The position numbers were made by a program, and so were the translations under genes. From Candidatus Latescibacterota bacterium (GTDB taxonomy: Bacteria; Latescibacterota; UBA2968; UBA8231): a stretch of 64,000 nucleotides of DNA. Position 1 is the stretch's first letter. Every line of letters starts with the position of its first letter. Location of the stretch: the NCBI GenBank assembly GCA_965206595.1, contig OZ242214.1, positions 6,144,001 through 6,208,000 on the forward strand, written 5' to 3'. Below the pieces are notes generated by a model that worked only from the letters and a program-made list of their open reading frames with translations, was not told the DNA's origin and did not search any database. This document shows, one piece after another, positions 61,183 through 64,000 of the stretch.

Positions 61183-62205
61183 CTACCTGCGCATCAGGAA
61201 GAACCTGAGATCGGGGTACACCCGGATCGCAGGGGCGGGCAGGTGGATCCAGTTGAGCTGGGATTTCAGCGGTTTCAACCAGGCCGCCTCACCAGGGAAT
61301 GGACGGACATCGAAGTCGAAGGCGATCAGGATCTCCGGTCGCCCGTCCGGCAGATCTTCGTACTCCCGGAAAGCCCCCTTGCTTTTGACGTTGCTTCCGT
61401 GGAGGCCGATGGCGCTGTATCCCAGCGCCAGTCCGAGAAAACCAGGCCAGATGCGAGCCCCCCGTTCCGGAAGAAGCTGCTCGACGGCCACTGTCATCCA
61501 GAACGTCATGCCCTGGTAGTCGTCGATCAGGTGATCGGTGTGGGGCCGCTCCGCTCGCGAGCGCTGGATGCGCTCGCGATAGAGTGGGGACGGCCAGTAG
61601 CTGAATTTGAAGCCCAAGGCGCGGCTCGGTGGACAGGTGGCGTAAACCAGCGGCACCGCCGCTCCCAAGGTGTTGAAAACGAAATCCGGGACGCTGAAGC
61701 CCCAGTGGACGAAATAGGCGTCGCGCATTTCGATTTCGAACAGGGCCCCCCAGCTCGTGAGGGTACCTAGGGCCGTAGCAGGCATGGGGCGGAACCCCGC
61801 CCAGGAATAGGCATTGGTGAACAGGCTCGACAGAAACAGGCCGCCCATGAAGTGGCCGCCCTTGTCTAGGTTGAGGTAGGTGTCGCCCGACCAGTCGTTG
61901 ATCCAGCGGATCGAGTTGCGCTTTTCCCCCTGGTACCAGGCGCGGTCGAAATAGCGGAACCCGAGATAGTGGATGGCGGCGCCGGCACCGCACAGGGCAA
62001 GCAACCGGTTGAGGCGGACGCGATGGTTTCCCGCCGGTTCGTGCTCCTGGCCCTCGATACCGGACGCCTCATCGCTGGAGGCGGCTTCGGCGGCAACGGG
62101 GCAGGCGGTGGCGGCGACCGCCAGGAACAGGGCAGGAGAACACCGCAAACAGGCCGCCAGCTTGTATCGCAATCGTCGGAACCGCTTTACCTTACAGGTG
62201 TTCAA
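61183..62205 (-). CDS. DUF2279/YfiM-like exported protein
   Basis: WY..., NDW...LDKGGHF, IEMRDA..WGFS..D...N.LG, FKFSYWPS, IDDYQGMTFW. Start uncertain. Confidence 0.7.
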   Translation of the reverse strand: MNTCKVKRFRRLRYKLAACLRCSPALFLAVAATACPVAAEAASSDEASGIEGQEHEPAGNHRVRLNRLLALCGAGAAIHYLGFRYFDRAWYQGEKRNSIRWINDWSGDTYLNLDKGGHFMGGLFLSSLFTNAYSWAGFRPMPATALGTLTSWGALFEIEMRDAYFVHWGFSVPDFVFNTLGAAVPLVYATCPPSRALGFKFSYWPSPLYRERIQRSRAERPHTDHLIDDYQGMTFWMTVAVEQLLPERGARIWPGFLGLALGYSAIGLHGSNVKSKGAFREYEDLPDGRPEILIAFDFDVRPFPGEAAWLKPLKSQLNWIHLPAPAIRVYPDLRFFLMRR

Positions 62206-62275
62206 GTAGTTGTAGTTAATGTATTAAGGGACAACGGCAATCGAAAACGCCGCCGACAGACCGGCAGCCGGGTAG

Positions 62276-64000
62276 ATGGCCGGGAGCGAGAGCATCAGCT
62301 CCGCAGGTGTCCGCCAGCGGGACAGGGGGACAGAGAGCGGTGCACAGGTCCGCAGGCGCCGCCGTCCCGGCAGCCGGACCGATTCTCCGCCGCCGTTTGC
62401 TGCCCCGGAAGCCGCCCGGTCGTCTCGAGCGCGCCGGTGGCTCTCGAAGATTGTGTCTTCATGGGGGCCGTCACCGACCTTCCGCATCTTCCTCTTCCTC
62501 GGCGGCATCGTCGCCATCATGGGTTTTTTCCTCTACAACGAGTACGTCATCGGCCAGCTGAGGCGGCAGGAGAGAAACAGGGCTGCCCTATACGCCAACC
62601 TCTACGGCCTGGCCTCTTCCCATCATCTGCACGAGGACTTCTCCGAGCAGATCTGGAACACCGTTATCACCAATCCGGAAATCGACTTCCCCATAGTCGT
62701 CACCGACCACCGGGGAGAGATCGTGCTGGTGAAAGGCGAAGGCCTCCCCGCGGCGGGCGACACGTCCGCAGCGGCCGCGGCGCGCCTGCGCGGGATCGTC
62801 GAGCAGATGGACGCCCGCCACAAACCAGTGCGCTTTTTCGAGTCCCCCCTGGCCCTGGGCCTGGTATACTTCGACGGTGGCAACCTCGTTCTGACCGATC
62901 TGTCGGGCCGGGTCGTCACCTGGGGGGGACCGGACCTTCCCGCCGGTGATTCGACAAAGGCGGCAGCTGCAGAGGCGGCGGCAATGCTGCGGGTTCTTGG
63001 CGCTACGGTGACTCCGGATTCGCTGGCAGTCGCCGCAGACGGCCGCAGCAGTCTGTACCTGGACGAAAACGGTTTCCTCGTCGTCGATGCCTCGGGAAAG
63101 GTCGCGGCATGGGGCGGCGGCCGGCTTCCCGTCGATCGTTCTCCCGCTGCCCTGGAGGAGGTACAGCGCGCCGCCGCGGCATGGCCAGCCGGGTCCCCGC
63201 CGGTTTCGTTCCGCGTCCGTACGGAAAAGTTCATCCACTTCGGTCAGTCCGACATGATCGGGCAGATATCTTTCGCACCACTGGTCTCACTGGCAGTCCT
63301 GGGGATCTTCAGCCTGATCGGCTACATCGGTTTCCGCAACATCCGCCGCAGCGAACAGCGCTCGATATGGGTCGGCATGGCGAAGGAGACTGCGCATCAG
63401 CTCGGCACCCCCCTGTCGTCGCTGGCGGGGTGGCTGGAGCTGATGTCGGGAGGTCGCGGGGAGATGCGGGAGGAAAGGGATGGCATCGTTCAGGAGATGC
63501 AGAAGGACATGCGGCGGCTGAACCAGATCGCATCCCGTTTCAGCCAGATCGGCTCGGTGCCGGAACTGCGCCCTTCCGACCTCGGCTCGGTTCTCAGGGA
63601 AACCATCGGCTATTTCCGCGGACGCGGTCCCCAGTTCGGGCGCCATGCTTTCGAAGTCGACCTCGGCGATCTTCCTCCGGTTCCGTTGAACGCGGAGCTG
63701 ATGGGCTGGGCATTCGAGAATCTTTTCAAGAATGCCATGGATGCCATCGGCGGGAACAACGGAACCATCGCCGTGCGCGCCCGCCTGCGCGACCCCGACA
63801 CGGTGTGCATCACCGTCCGCGACAACGGGCGCGGCATCGATGCGGACAGCATCGCCCGCGTTTTCGAACCGGGATTCAGCACCCGCAAGCGGGGTTGGGG
63901 ACTGGGCTTGGCTTTTGTGAAACGAATCGTGGAGGAGTACCACGGAGGCCGCATCCAGATCGCCCACAGCGCCGCGGGCTGGGGGACGACCTTCGAGGTA
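62276..64000 (+). CDS. Sensor histidine kinase (partial, runs off the window end)
   Basis: Open frame not in the track (no stop before the window end): TM FRIFLFLGGIVAIMGFFLY, second TM, H-box WVGMAKETAHQLGTPLSSL, N-box ENLFKNAMDA, DNGRG, GFSTRKRGWGLGL. Confidence 0.9.
   Translation, partial: MAGSESISSAGVRQRDRGTESGAQVRRRRRPGSRTDSPPPFAAPEAARSSRARRWLSKIVSSWGPSPTFRIFLFLGGIVAIMGFFLYNEYVIGQLRRQERNRAALYANLYGLASSHHLHEDFSEQIWNTVITNPEIDFPIVVTDHRGEIVLVKGEGLPAAGDTSAAAAARLRGIVEQMDARHKPVRFFESPLALGLVYFDGGNLVLTDLSGRVVTWGGPDLPAGDSTKAAAAEAAAMLRVLGATVTPDSLAVAADGRSSLYLDENGFLVVDASGKVAAWGGGRLPVDRSPAALEEVQRAAAAWPAGSPPVSFRVRTEKFIHFGQSDMIGQISFAPLVSLAVLGIFSLIGYIGFRNIRRSEQRSIWVGMAKETAHQLGTPLSSLAGWLELMSGGRGEMREERDGIVQEMQKDMRRLNQIASRFSQIGSVPELRPSDLGSVLRETIGYFRGRGPQFGRHAFEVDLGDLPPVPLNAELMGWAFENLFKNAMDAIGGNNGTIAVRARLRDPDTVCITVRDNGRGIDADSIARVFEPGFSTRKRGWGLGLAFVKRIVEEYHGGRIQIAHSAAGWGTTFEV

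Overview
GC-rich bacterial chromosomal window, most consistent with a diderm FCB-superphylum lineage such as Latescibacterota or relatives. This is inferred from a C-terminal TWGxIK motif, a group II GGGP synthase and an FCB-type histidine kinase. Positions 1-23.8 kb are mostly housekeeping: opp permeases, lysA, a carbamoyltransferase with SxtJ, tadA, three tRNAs, a large Alu-type SRP RNA, dnaX-recR-pgsA-pgpA-recA-recX-alaS, GGGP synthase, ptsH-ptsI, metK and a lipoprotein/beta-barrel pair. The most notable accessory locus is at 23.9-30.8 kb on the minus strand. It holds an NHLP/NHLM-type three-gene peptide exporter followed by its own promoter, a perfect 16-bp palindrome and two small paralogous peptide genes. 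One is an intact double-glycine precursor with an unusual acidic core ending SGSGSGWWSNPNR; the other is a leader-only paralog that the ORF track misses. No tailoring enzyme is present in the window. Further on are clpB, degP, a degenerate GH78-like protein, hemH and a ~2400-aa Ig-repeat autotransporter with five near-identical 576-bp repeats. These are followed by a temptin-like CxxCH protein ending TWGRIK, a Tm-1-like/cupin/TIM-barrel operon, sugar and one-carbon genes, an archaeal-type 2-phosphoglycerate kinase, bactofilin and a partial histidine kinase. Frameshifts cluster at 24.7-31.7 kb and 52.6-53.0 kb and may be long-read assembly errors. All family calls are from motif recognition by eye; no searches were run.
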